Below are positions 51,910 through 61,386 of a stretch of 64,000 nucleotides of DNA, in pieces. The notes beneath the pieces are model-generated. The model was not told the DNA's origin and searched no databases. It saw only the letters and a program-made list of their open reading frames with translations. Made by a program: the position numbers and the translations under genes. How positions within the stretch are numbered: position 1 is the stretch's first letter; each line of letters opens with the position of its first letter. Where the stretch lies: NCBI GenBank assembly GCA_021414065.1, contig JAIOPE010000047.1, positions 46,272 to 110,271 of the forward strand, given 5' to 3'. Origin of the DNA: Planctomycetota bacterium (GTDB taxonomy: Bacteria > Planctomycetota > JAJSAM01 > JAJVHW01).

Positions 51910-52704
51910 TCAGCGCCCCGTGAACTGCGCCTTCCGCTTCGCGAGGAACGCCGCGGTTCCCTCGCGCATGTCGTCCGTCCCGAAGCACGCGCCGAAGAGA
52001 GCCTGCTCGCGGAGGTAGCCCTGCTCCACCGAGCGGTCGGTCCCGGTCAGCACGCAGTCGATCGCGTTGCGCACGGCCACCGGGCCGCGCGACGCCACCT
52101 TACGCACCCATGCGATCGCTTCGGCGACGAGTTGGTCGCGCGGCACGATGCGGTTGACGATGCCGAACCGCTCGGCTGTCGCGGCGTCGATCATGTCGCC
52201 CGTGAGCATCATCTCGAACGCGCGCCCTGCGCCGATGAGCCGCGCGAGCCGCTGCGTGCCGCCGTAGCCGGGGATGAGCGCCAGCGTCACTTCGGGCAGC
52301 CCGAGCTTCGCCTCGGGGCACGCGAACCGCACATGGCAGGCGAGTGCGATCTCGAGCCCGCCGCCGAGCGAGAACCCGTTGATCGCAGCAGCGACCGGCT
52401 TCCCGCACGTCTCGATGGAGCCGAAAACGCGCTGCCCGAACGCCGAGTGCGCCTCGGCCTCAGCCGGGCCCATGTTCGCGAGTTCCGCGATGTCCGCGCC
52501 CGCGACGAACGCCTTCTCGCCGTCCCCCGTGAGGACCGCGCCGCGGATCTCGGGGTTCGTCCGCACCTCGGTGAACGCGCGCTCGACTTCCTCGTGGGTT
52601 TTCGTGTTGAGCGCGTTCAGCGCCTTCGGGCGGCAGACCGTGACGACGGCGATGCCCTCGCGGAGCTCGAACCGCAGGTTGTCGAAGCTCGGGAGTTCGG
52701 CCAT
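51910..52704 (-). CDS. Enoyl-CoA hydratase/isomerase (crotonase family)
   Basis: 264 aa. Crotonase fold motifs (AAINGFSLGGGLEIALACH..., TGDMIDAATAERFGIVNRIV). Confidence 0.8.
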   Translation of the reverse strand: MAELPSFDNLRFELREGIAVVTVCRPKALNALNTKTHEEVERAFTEVRTNPEIRGAVLTGDGEKAFVAGADIAELANMGPAEAEAHSAFGQRVFGSIETCGKPVAAAINGFSLGGGLEIALACHVRFACPEAKLGLPEVTLALIPGYGGTQRLARLIGAGRAFEMMLTGDMIDAATAERFGIVNRIVPRDQLVAEAIAWVRKVASRGPVAVRNAIDCVLTGTDRSVEQGYLREQALFGACFGTDDMREGTAAFLAKRKAQFTGR

Positions 52705-53112
52705 CGGGAGGGTCTCCGGAGGACTTTCCGGCGCAGGGCACGCCGGAAAGAGGCGAGGTTAGGATCGCCCCGCCGCCGCAGGCCAGAGAAACGCAGACGG
52801 ACGCCGCGGGAGGGCGGTATCCGCGTGACTTAGGACGGCAGTCAGCCGCCGGCGCCCGGCGTTTCCTTGCGCGAGGGGCCGCTCCGCAGATTCGGTTTCA
52901 GCACGATTCCGCGACGCTCGGAAGTCCGTCGATCGCGGATGTCGATCCCGGCTCGGCGCGCCCGCCACCGGGCACCGCAGTCAGAACGCCGCAGGCACGG
53001 TGCCGTTCATTGGGACTTCGTCCCGCTCGCAAGCTGGTACATCCTCGTCCACCTCCCGCCGCGACCGGATCCCCGCGGCACAGGGCGGCGGAAACGCGCA
53101 AGGACTCGTCCA

Positions 53113-54567
53113 GTGACCTTCAACGCCTACCCGTTCTTCATCTTCCTCGCGATCGTCTTCCCGCTGTATTGGCTCCTGCCGCGCCGGGGTCAGAACCTCC
53201 TCGTCACGATCTCAAGCTTCGTCTTCTACGGGTGGTGGGACTGGCACTTCCTCCCGCTGCTCTGGTTCTCGACGGTCATCGACTACGCCGCCGGACTCGG
53301 GATCGAGCGCTCCACCTCCGAGCGGAAGCGCAAGGCCTGGCTGGCCGTCTCGTTGGTGACGCAGCTCGGCATGCTCTTCGTCTTCAAGTACCTCGACTTC
53401 GGCATCACGTCGATGCAGTCGCTCTTGGAGTCGCTCGGGTTCCGCCCGAACCTGGCCACGCTCGGCCTCATCCTTCCGGTCGGGATCAGCTTCTACACGT
53501 TCCAGACGCTCTCCTACACGATCGACGTCTACCGGCGGCAGCTCCGCGCCACGCACGACCTCGTGGAGTTCAGCGCGTTCGTCACGTTCTTCCCGCAGCT
53601 CGTCGCCGGGCCGATCGAACGCGCCGCGAACCTGCTCGGACAGTTCCAACGGAAGCGGACGTTCGACTCGGCGCTCGCGGCGGACGGCTGCCGGCAGATG
53701 CTCTACGGTCTGTTCCTGAAGACCGTCGTGGGCGACAACTGCGCTCGTGTCGTGGAGCGGGCGTTCGACATGTCGCAGTTCGAGCACGTTTCGGGCTGGA
53801 CGCTGCTCTTCGCCGCGTACCTGTTCGCCTTCCAGATCTACGGCGACTTCGCCGGCTACTCGCACATCGCCATCGGCTGCGCACGGCTGTTCGGGTTCGA
53901 CCTGATGCGCAACTTCGCATACCCGTACCTTTCCCGGAGTCCGGCTGAGTTCTGGCACCGTTGGCACATCTCGCTCTCCACCTGGTTCCGCGACTACGTG
54001 TACATCCCACTCGGCGGCGGTCGCGTGTCGCCCGTCCGCAGGAGATGGAACGTGTTCGTCACGTTCGTGCTCTCCGGGATCTGGCACGGTGCGGGGTTCG
54101 GCTTTCTCTTCTGGGGAGTGATCCACGGCGCGTGCGTTGCGCTGCAGTGGTGGCCGGCCGGCACGAAGATCGACGCACCCTGCGGTCGCGGCCTCGTGCC
54201 GAAGGCGAAGGACCTGCTGCAAGTGGCACTGACCTTCCATCTCGTGTGCGCCGCGTGGGTCTTCTTCCGGTCCCCCACCGCGACGGTCGCCGTCGAAGTG
54301 CTCGGGAGGATCGGCGGGTCCATCGGCGACGCCTCGTGGGCGCAGTTCACGACGGCGCTTCTGCGCTACCCCGAGCCGGTCGTCTCGATCTTCGCACTCG
54401 TCGCCGTTCTGATGGCGATCGAGTGGGTCCAGCGCAACCGTCCGCACGGGCTGGTGATGGAACGGATGCCACGCGCGGCGCGGTGGTGCATCTACTTCAC
54501 CACGGCGTTCGCGATCATGACGTTCGGGCGCGTCGAGCAGGTGCCGTTCATCTACTTCCAGTTCTGA
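53113..54567 (+). CDS. MBOAT-family membrane-bound O-acyltransferase (AlgI/DltB/PatA-like)
   Basis: Multi-TM protein. Conserved MBOAT His region (FRDYVYIPLGGGR...SGIWHGAGFGFLFWGVIHG). Start taken as GTG 53113 (VTFNAYPFFIFL...), uncertain. The track ORF starts at 52867. Confidence 0.7.
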   Translation: MTFNAYPFFIFLAIVFPLYWLLPRRGQNLLVTISSFVFYGWWDWHFLPLLWFSTVIDYAAGLGIERSTSERKRKAWLAVSLVTQLGMLFVFKYLDFGITSMQSLLESLGFRPNLATLGLILPVGISFYTFQTLSYTIDVYRRQLRATHDLVEFSAFVTFFPQLVAGPIERAANLLGQFQRKRTFDSALAADGCRQMLYGLFLKTVVGDNCARVVERAFDMSQFEHVSGWTLLFAAYLFAFQIYGDFAGYSHIAIGCARLFGFDLMRNFAYPYLSRSPAEFWHRWHISLSTWFRDYVYIPLGGGRVSPVRRRWNVFVTFVLSGIWHGAGFGFLFWGVIHGACVALQWWPAGTKIDAPCGRGLVPKAKDLLQVALTFHLVCAAWVFFRSPTATVAVEVLGRIGGSIGDASWAQFTTALLRYPEPVVSIFALVAVLMAIEWVQRNRPHGLVMERMPRAARWCIYFTTAFAIMTFGRVEQVPFIYFQF

Positions 54568-54580
54568 GGTGCGCGCAACG

Positions 54581-55588
54581 ATGCCTGCAACTCCCCGTCA
54601 GTTCGCGATCCGGGTCGCAACCTTCGTCCTCGTCTTGGGCGTGGCCACGTTCGTCGCGGACGCGGCGCTGACCCGACTCGCGATCCGTGGCATCCGAATC
54701 GTGCCGAAGATCCCGGCGCCGGAGTACTTGCGTCTGCTCGACGCCGAGGACCGTGTCCTCGTACTGGGGGATTCCGTGATGCTCTACGCCCCCGAGGGCG
54801 AGTCGAACCGGCGGTCGCTCGTCGCGCGACTGGGAGACGAGTTCGCGGTCGCGATCGAGAACGCCACGCGCGCCGGTCGCGGCACGGAGATGGCCCGGGC
54901 GCAGATCGCCGCACTCGTCCGACTCGGCGTCCGGCCCCGCGCCGTCGTTGTCGAGGTCAGCCTGCGCCAGTTCTCGCCGCTGTGGGAGGGGAACCCCAAT
55001 CTGGAAGATCCCTCGCTCGAGCGCATGCTCCTGACCGGGTCGTTCCTTCCGCTCCGCGCCGCCGGGGTGTTCAAGTACGAGTTCGGACGCATCACGCCGC
55101 GCGAGTATCGCGCCAAACCGGTCTTCGTCGCAGGCACGCCGGTCGGAACCGTCGGCGACCTCGAACACAAGGGCGCGGGCATCGGCCGAGCGGGTCCGCT
55201 GGATTCAGGCATCGTCGGCGACCGGTGCCGCCTCGCGTACGCATTCGACCTCGATCGCAGCACGCGCCTGTCCATGCTGCGCGAGCTGTTCGCAACGCTG
55301 CGAGCGGCCGACATCCCGTGCGTCGCGTTCGTGACTCCGCTCGACATGGAGTTCATCGCCTCGCACTGTGCGCCCGCCGACGTGGAACGGGTCCGACAGA
55401 ACCTCGCGGCACTTGGCGGCGAGATCACGCAGCCCGGTGTCTTCGCGGCGGACCTCTCCCAGACGCTTTCGCTCGCCGACTTCGACCACCCCGCTGACTG
55501 GCCCGACGAGCACCTCCGGTTCGCCGGGCGGGAGTTCGTCGCGAAGCAGGTCGGCGCGCTCGTGCGTCAGGCGCTCGGCGAACGCTGA
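54581..55588 (+). CDS. SGNH/GDSL-like partner protein of the MBOAT (DltD/AlgJ/PatB-like)
   Basis: N-terminal TM anchor. VLVLGDSVM (GDS motif). Directly follows the MBOAT gene. Start ATG 54581 (alternative GTG 54569). Confidence 0.6.
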   Translation: MPATPRQFAIRVATFVLVLGVATFVADAALTRLAIRGIRIVPKIPAPEYLRLLDAEDRVLVLGDSVMLYAPEGESNRRSLVARLGDEFAVAIENATRAGRGTEMARAQIAALVRLGVRPRAVVVEVSLRQFSPLWEGNPNLEDPSLERMLLTGSFLPLRAAGVFKYEFGRITPREYRAKPVFVAGTPVGTVGDLEHKGAGIGRAGPLDSGIVGDRCRLAYAFDLDRSTRLSMLRELFATLRAADIPCVAFVTPLDMEFIASHCAPADVERVRQNLAALGGEITQPGVFAADLSQTLSLADFDHPADWPDEHLRFAGREFVAKQVGALVRQALGER

Positions 55589-55613
55589 TCGGCTGCGCCG
55601 CCGGAACGCGTCA

Positions 55614-57227
55614 CTACTTCGTCGAGCCGATCGCCGTGTAGGTGCCGTGGTTCTCGGCGGCGAGGACCTTCATGAAGCGGACGAATGCGCCCTTGCCGAC
55701 GCTCGGGTCGATGGCGATGGTGTGGATGGTCAGGTGGGCGAGGCGGTTCCACTCGCGGACGGCCTTCAGGATCTCCTCGGGGGGCATGGGCTTCGCCGCG
55801 TCGAGGGAGTCGTCGGTCGGGGCGCCGTCGGAGAGGAAGAAGATGGTGTCCACGAGCGGGTCGAACTTGCCGGTGACAGGCGTGCCGTTGACGCCCGCGA
55901 ACTCGAATGCCTGGCGGAGCGCGCCGAGCGCGTACGTCGATCCGGCGGCCTGGAGGTCGAAGATGGCTGCGTCGGCCTTGGCCTTGATCTCGGCGGTCGC
56001 GGGGACGAGCTTGTCCTGGAACGTCGTGACCTGGTGGTTGAAGAACACGATGTTGAACGTGGTCTTCGCCTCGAGCTTCGCGATCGCCTCGCCGAGGATG
56101 CGCTTCGCGACCTCGATCTTCGGGCCGGTGTACGGCTGGTCCTTCTTGCTCACGCCGGTCGTCTCGACGGGGTCGTTGCCGATCGGGTCCTTCATCGAGC
56201 CCGAGATGTCGATGACGAACAGGACGCGACGGGAGACCGTCTCGACGCCGTAGTAGTTCACCGGCGCCGGGGCCTTCGCGCCGGGCTTCACGACCTGGGG
56301 CTTCGCGCCCTGGCCCGAGAGTTCGTCCTTGTGCTCCTCGTACCACCGGCGCCAGACGTCGGCGAAGTGGCCGAGCGTCTGACCAGTGAGCGCGGTGAGC
56401 GCCTTTCCGAACGCCTCGAGGAGCACGCCCTCCTCGGTCTGCATCGCGGCGACCAGCGCGGGCACGGCCTTGACGTCGCCGAGCGCCTGGAGGACCGCGA
56501 TCGCCGCCCGCCGCACGGGCCAACCGGTGTCGGTGAGCGCCTTCGTGGCGTACTCGGCGAACGCAGGGTCCTTGCGTGCGGCCATCGCCTCGAGGGCCAT
56601 GATCTTGATCGCCGGCGAGTCTTCCTTCTGGAGGCGCTTCACGAGATCGGCAGGCTTCGACGCCGGGTTGGCGACCAGGCCGCCGAGGAACACCGACCGC
56701 GCGCGCCCGTCGGCTTCGCCCGCGGCCGCGCGATCCACAGCGGCGACGGCGTCGGGGCTCTTCATGCGGGCGATCGCGGTGACCGACGCCTGGGCAACGA
56801 CCGAGAGGCCCTCCAGGCGCTCCTCTTCCTGCTCGATCTGATCGCCCAGCTTCTTCTTCATCGCCCAGTCCTTCTGCTCCTTCATGGTGAAGCCGCGGAA
56901 GGGCTCGTAGGCGAGCAGTGTCTGGCGGTGCGTGGTCTCGATCTGCGTCCATCGGAAGCCGAGCGCGGTGATCACCTCGGCGAGCGCCTTGCCCGCATCG
57001 GCGTCGTCCAGGGCACCAAGGTCGGCCACGGCCTTCGCGCGTACGAGCGCATCGCCGTCCACCTGCACGGCCTCCATGGCGCGGTCGCGGCGCTCCTTGA
57101 GCGCGGCGGCGTCGGCTGCGAAGACGGGGGCAGGGTTGCCCACGACGGCGCCCGCCGACGCCATCGCGCCGAGCGCAACTGCGAGCACGGCGGCGCGGAC
57201 GAGCCTGGGGACACGGGGGGCGTTCAT
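55614..57227 (-). CDS. Secreted HEAT-repeat / von Willebrand factor A (VWA) domain protein
   Basis: Start re-set to ATG 57227 with signal peptide (MNAPRVPRLVRAAVLAVALGAMASAGA). HEAT-like repeats, then a VWA MIDAS motif (LFVIDISGSM...). Confidence 0.65.
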   Translation of the reverse strand: MNAPRVPRLVRAAVLAVALGAMASAGAVVGNPAPVFAADAAALKERRDRAMEAVQVDGDALVRAKAVADLGALDDADAGKALAEVITALGFRWTQIETTHRQTLLAYEPFRGFTMKEQKDWAMKKKLGDQIEQEEERLEGLSVVAQASVTAIARMKSPDAVAAVDRAAAGEADGRARSVFLGGLVANPASKPADLVKRLQKEDSPAIKIMALEAMAARKDPAFAEYATKALTDTGWPVRRAAIAVLQALGDVKAVPALVAAMQTEEGVLLEAFGKALTALTGQTLGHFADVWRRWYEEHKDELSGQGAKPQVVKPGAKAPAPVNYYGVETVSRRVLFVIDISGSMKDPIGNDPVETTGVSKKDQPYTGPKIEVAKRILGEAIAKLEAKTTFNIVFFNHQVTTFQDKLVPATAEIKAKADAAIFDLQAAGSTYALGALRQAFEFAGVNGTPVTGKFDPLVDTIFFLSDGAPTDDSLDAAKPMPPEEILKAVREWNRLAHLTIHTIAIDPSVGKGAFVRFMKVLAAENHGTYTAIGSTK

Positions 57228-57249
57228 TCGGTTCTCCGGGCTCCGTACT

Positions 57250-58191
57250 TCATCCGACGTGCCAAGGCAGCGGCTTGTCGAGCAGGTCGTCGCCGTCGCT
57301 CTCGGGATGGACCGGCCGCACGGGTGCCGGGCGCTCCTCAGCCTCGCGGATGGTCCATGCGCCCGCCAGATGGAAGAGTCGGGTGGCCTCGCGGAGAGCG
57401 ACGAGCAACTGTCCCAGGACGAGGACAACGAGCGAGGTCGCAACGTACGCACCGTCGGCCATCCGGATGAGCACGACGAACACCGCCACGACTCCCACCT
57501 CGAGCGCGAGGCCGATCAGGTAGAAGCCGGACGTGCGGAACGGATGCTGGAAGACGAACATCGCCGACCGCCCGAACTCGGCGAGCACGCCCGGGCGGCG
57601 CCGCATCCGCACACCGACGCGCGCGTAGTCGGCGATCATCGCGGGCAGGCACATCGCGAGGAATACGATGACCTGCGCCACGGTGCGAGCGTTGGTCGCC
57701 GAGACCTCGGTGGGTTCGGTCTGGGCGAACCGCTCCACGGTGTCGAGGAGGGGTTTCAGGCCGACGGAGACCGCGCCGACGAGCAAGGCGCACACGGCGG
57801 AGATCCGGAGGAACTTCCAGTACGTGTTGCCGCCCTCGCGCACGAACTTCGCGAACGTGAGGCGCTTCTTCGTCGCGGAGATCCCGGCGTAGCCGCCCCA
57901 GAGGAGCGGACGCAGCGCGAACGCGAGGACCAGCGACACGACCACGAGCGCGATCGCGTCGGCGTCGAACGACGGGGTGGTCGATCGCACGTCGGCGAAG
58001 AAGTCGGGGTCGAGGTACCGGGCGACCTCGGTGGCGTCCGGACGTCGCGCGCCCTGGGCGTCCACTTGGCGCGCGACGTAGACGGCAAGGGGCAGACTGG
58101 CGAGCCCCGTGCTCAGCGCGCAGCACGCGAGCAGGCGCTTCGAGCGCCTCACGGCCCCGAATCCGGCGCGGCAGGCGTCGGCGAGCAGCAT
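57250..58191 (-). CDS. Hypothetical polytopic membrane protein
   Basis: Hydrophobic ~310-aa ORF. Start near 58190 (MLLADACRAGF...), abutting the stop of the upstream M1 peptidase gene. Start is approximate. Confidence 0.45.
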   Translation of the reverse strand: MLLADACRAGFGAVRRSKRLLACCALSTGLASLPLAVYVARQVDAQGARRPDATEVARYLDPDFFADVRSTTPSFDADAIALVVVSLVLAFALRPLLWGGYAGISATKKRLTFAKFVREGGNTYWKFLRISAVCALLVGAVSVGLKPLLDTVERFAQTEPTEVSATNARTVAQVIVFLAMCLPAMIADYARVGVRMRRRPGVLAEFGRSAMFVFQHPFRTSGFYLIGLALEVGVVAVFVVLIRMADGAYVATSLVVLVLGQLLVALREATRLFHLAGAWTIREAEERPAPVRPVHPESDGDDLLDKPLPWHVG

Positions 58192-60521
58192 CAGAAGAAC
58201 CGTCCCCACGAGGCGAGGGCGTGCTCGAGCCACACCAGCGCGTGCGTGCCCCACTTCACGCCGGGACGCGCGCTCCGGCGGTCGGTCCAGACGTTGTCGG
58301 AGAGGCGGGCGTCCTGCGGGAAGAACTGCTGCGGGTCCACCATCACCGTCGTGACGCGGCCCTCGACGGCGAACCGCTTCCAGCGTTCTGCGGCATCCCA
58401 TCGGAGGAGGACCGGCTCCTTCGCGCCGTGTACGCCGCAGCGGATCGTGACGGGCACGACCACTTCGCCGCGTCGGCGGACGAGGATCTCGCTCCACGTG
58501 CGAGCGGGCGCGTCGGCGGTGGCGTGCTCCTCGACCACCCGGACCGGCTCGACCGAGAAGTCGAGCAGACCGGTCGTCTTCGCGAGTGCCTCGAAGAGCT
58601 GCGGCAACTCGACGAGATCGGTCTCGCGACGCAGCACGCGGAGCAGGTCGGCGGTCGTCGGGTGGCCGAACCGGAACTGGCGGGCGTACTCGCGGAACGC
58701 GCGCAGCACGCGGCGCTCGCCGTCGCGGTCGTCGGGCCGGTCGAAACGGTCGCGCACGTGGCGGGCGATGGTCTCCATCAGCAGGATGCCGCGCGGGTAC
58801 GCATTGCCGCGGTAGCTGTCGGACGTCATGTACTCCCAGCCGGTCTTCACGAGTTCGTCGGTGCCTGCGGATCGCAGATAGCTGCGCCGCGCGGGGAGCG
58901 TCGGGTCCTGGTCGGGGCGGTAGCGCCACGCAGTCGTCGAGAGCAGGAGCGGCGCGTCGCGCCAGAGGCGGAAGATCTCAAGGTCCGGCGGCCGCACCCA
59001 CCCGGGCAGGTCGAGAGCGTCCGGCCACCCGGCTGTGAGCCCGGGGAACGAGATCGGTGGTTCCGTGGAGAAGTGGTTCCCGAGGATCGTCGTCAACTGC
59101 GTGTTCGGTCCCCAGGCGCGATGCATGGCTCGCGCGGTGAACCACGAGTTGAGCCCCTCGTCGAGCCACGCCTCCTCGGCCTCGTTGCTCGCGAGCAGGT
59201 TCATGAACCACTGGTGGCCGATCTCGTGCACGACCACGTGCTCCGGGCGCCGCGCGTCGAGCGGCGTGCCCGCGGACGTGCCCGCCGTGACGAGCATCGG
59301 GTACTCCATCCCGCCGACCGGCGCGTCGTGGGCCGGGTCCACGATCGTGAGCCGCGCGTAGGGGTACGGCCCGAGCCACGTGCCGAACAGCGAGAGCGCC
59401 ACGCGGGCGGCCTCGAAGTGGCGCTCTTCCTGGTCCAGGTGCTCCGGCTGGAGCAGCAGGTGGACTTCGACCGGCGGCAGCGCGGTGTCTTCGTCGCCCG
59501 CACCGAGCAGCGAGCGGTCGCCGCTCACCTGGTTCGCCACGGCGTCGCCGGCCGAGAGGTCGTCCGGGCGGATCGTCCGCACGCGCTCGACGTAGCGCAG
59601 GCCCGCGGTCCACGCGAAGTCCACGACGCTCTTCGCCTGCCAGGTGACGGTCCTCGTCCCGGGGATCTCGTCGCGGGGCGCGTCCTTCGACGGCGGGATC
59701 GGAATGCCCGTCGCTCCCACGGTCCAGGTGTCGGGCGTGTGCAGCGTGACGTCGTAGTCGGCGAAGTCGGCCGCGAACTCCGGACCCGCGTGGTAGTGGT
59801 GGCAGTACCAGCCGTCGTGGACGTTCCTCGCCCACGGCAGTTCCACGCCCGTGCCGGTGCCGGCGTCGATGCGCTGCCCGAGCTTCGGGTACCACTGCGC
59901 CGCCATCACGAAGTCTCTCGTGGCCCCCATCCGGGCGATCGGCCGCGGCAGCTTGGTCGTGAAGTCCACCCGCAGGACGACGCTCGCGCCCTTCTCGACG
60001 GGCTGCGGGAGCTTCGCGCGCATCACGGTGCGGTCGCCCGGCGCGCCTTCGCACGGCACGAACTCCATCACCGGCTGGCGGCCGTTCGTCGAGTTCACGA
60101 CCGTGAGTTGCTGGATGTCGGTGCCGCCCCACGTCATCGGGTCGGGCACGGGGCGCCCCTCGCGCTTCATCTCCCGGACGAACGCCGACTCCTCGTCGCG
60201 CCAGGCATTGGCGTAGAGGTGGAACCACAGGGACTCGACGGGCTCGTGACCGTAGTTCGTGAAGACGATCGTCTCGCGCCCCTGGATCTGGCGCGGCGAG
60301 TCCTCGCCGTCGATCGAGCGCAGGGTGGCGTCGATCGTGTAGCGGGCGGGGACGCGGTCGGCCTGCGTGCGCCACGCGGGCTGCGCGACCAGGGGAGCGT
60401 CGCCCGACGACCCGACGAACACGCCCGCCGCGAGCGCGGCGGCACAGACGAGCCGACGGAGGGAGGTCCGGGACACGAGCAGGATCGTAACGCGGAGGCG
60501 GGCGTCAGCCGCCGAACGCAT
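58191..60521 (-). CDS. M1-family zinc aminopeptidase (aminopeptidase N-like), secreted
   Basis: 776 aa. N-terminal signal peptide. HEXXH (VVHEIGHQWF) plus downstream Glu (NEAEEAWLDEGLNSWF). Confidence 0.8.
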   Translation of the reverse strand: MRSAADARLRVTILLVSRTSLRRLVCAAALAAGVFVGSSGDAPLVAQPAWRTQADRVPARYTIDATLRSIDGEDSPRQIQGRETIVFTNYGHEPVESLWFHLYANAWRDEESAFVREMKREGRPVPDPMTWGGTDIQQLTVVNSTNGRQPVMEFVPCEGAPGDRTVMRAKLPQPVEKGASVVLRVDFTTKLPRPIARMGATRDFVMAAQWYPKLGQRIDAGTGTGVELPWARNVHDGWYCHHYHAGPEFAADFADYDVTLHTPDTWTVGATGIPIPPSKDAPRDEIPGTRTVTWQAKSVVDFAWTAGLRYVERVRTIRPDDLSAGDAVANQVSGDRSLLGAGDEDTALPPVEVHLLLQPEHLDQEERHFEAARVALSLFGTWLGPYPYARLTIVDPAHDAPVGGMEYPMLVTAGTSAGTPLDARRPEHVVVHEIGHQWFMNLLASNEAEEAWLDEGLNSWFTARAMHRAWGPNTQLTTILGNHFSTEPPISFPGLTAGWPDALDLPGWVRPPDLEIFRLWRDAPLLLSTTAWRYRPDQDPTLPARRSYLRSAGTDELVKTGWEYMTSDSYRGNAYPRGILLMETIARHVRDRFDRPDDRDGERRVLRAFREYARQFRFGHPTTADLLRVLRRETDLVELPQLFEALAKTTGLLDFSVEPVRVVEEHATADAPARTWSEILVRRRGEVVVPVTIRCGVHGAKEPVLLRWDAAERWKRFAVEGRVTTVMVDPQQFFPQDARLSDNVWTDRRSARPGVKWGTHALVWLEHALASWGRFF

Positions 60522-61386
60522 CCGCAGCGTCGCCGCCGAAACGCTCCGCGACGTACCGTTTGCCGTCGCGCCGCACGCGGGCCGGACGCGGGTCGGGGTC
60601 GTGGTAGAAGAAGCACGCGGCTGCGCGGGCGGCGCACTCCTCCAACATCTCGCGCTTCTTCGTGATGACCTGCTGCGGGTGCAGATCGTACGCCATCGTG
60701 TAGGCCGGAGGCAGGTGCCAGGCCGTCGGCAGCAGGTCGCCGAAGAAGACGCCGCGGTCGGTCCCGCCGTCGAGTTCGATCACCTGGTGGCCGTCGGTGT
60801 GGCCGCCCGTGAATCGGAGCTTCACACCGGGGAGGACCGCTTCGTCGCCCCGGACCTCGCGGAGCCGCCCGCGCGCGGCGATGCGTTCGAATGGCCCGCG
60901 GTAGCTCGCCTTCTGCAGTTCCGGCGGCCGCATCGCCGCGCGCCACTCGATCCCCTGGAGCAGGTGGACGGCGTTCGCAAATCGCACGTCGCTCTCCGCA
61001 GTCGGCGCATCCGGCGCTTCGCCCGTGAAGAGCCCGCCGCTGTGATCGAAGTGAAGGTGCGACGCGGTGACGTGGGTGACGTCTTCCGGCCGCACGCCGC
61101 AGGCGGCGAGTCCGCGAACGAGTGCGTCCGGGTCCTGGATGCCGAAGAAGGCGCGTTCGTCGGCCGTCCAGCGGGCGCCGCAACCGGACTCGATCAGCAG
61201 CACGAACTGTGCGCCGCGGACCAGGAGGGCGTTCGTTCCCATCACGATGCGGTGGCGGTCGTCGGGGCGGGCGAACGTCTCCCAGCGGGGGCGCGGCACT
61301 TGGCCGAACATCGCACCGCCGTCGAGGCGGAACTCACCGCAGGGGATCACGTCCACGCGCAGGCTTCCGAAGTCGAGGGTGCTCAT
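60505..61386 (-). CDS. MBL-fold metallo-hydrolase
   Basis: Start re-set to ATG 61386 (MSTLDFGSLRVDV...). HxHxDH motif HLHFDHSGG. Overlaps the downstream gene start. The track ORF is over-extended. Confidence 0.75.
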   Translation of the reverse strand: MSTLDFGSLRVDVIPCGEFRLDGGAMFGQVPRPRWETFARPDDRHRIVMGTNALLVRGAQFVLLIESGCGARWTADERAFFGIQDPDALVRGLAACGVRPEDVTHVTASHLHFDHSGGLFTGEAPDAPTAESDVRFANAVHLLQGIEWRAAMRPPELQKASYRGPFERIAARGRLREVRGDEAVLPGVKLRFTGGHTDGHQVIELDGGTDRGVFFGDLLPTAWHLPPAYTMAYDLHPQQVITKKREMLEECAARAAACFFYHDPDPRPARVRRDGKRYVAERFGGDAADAFGG

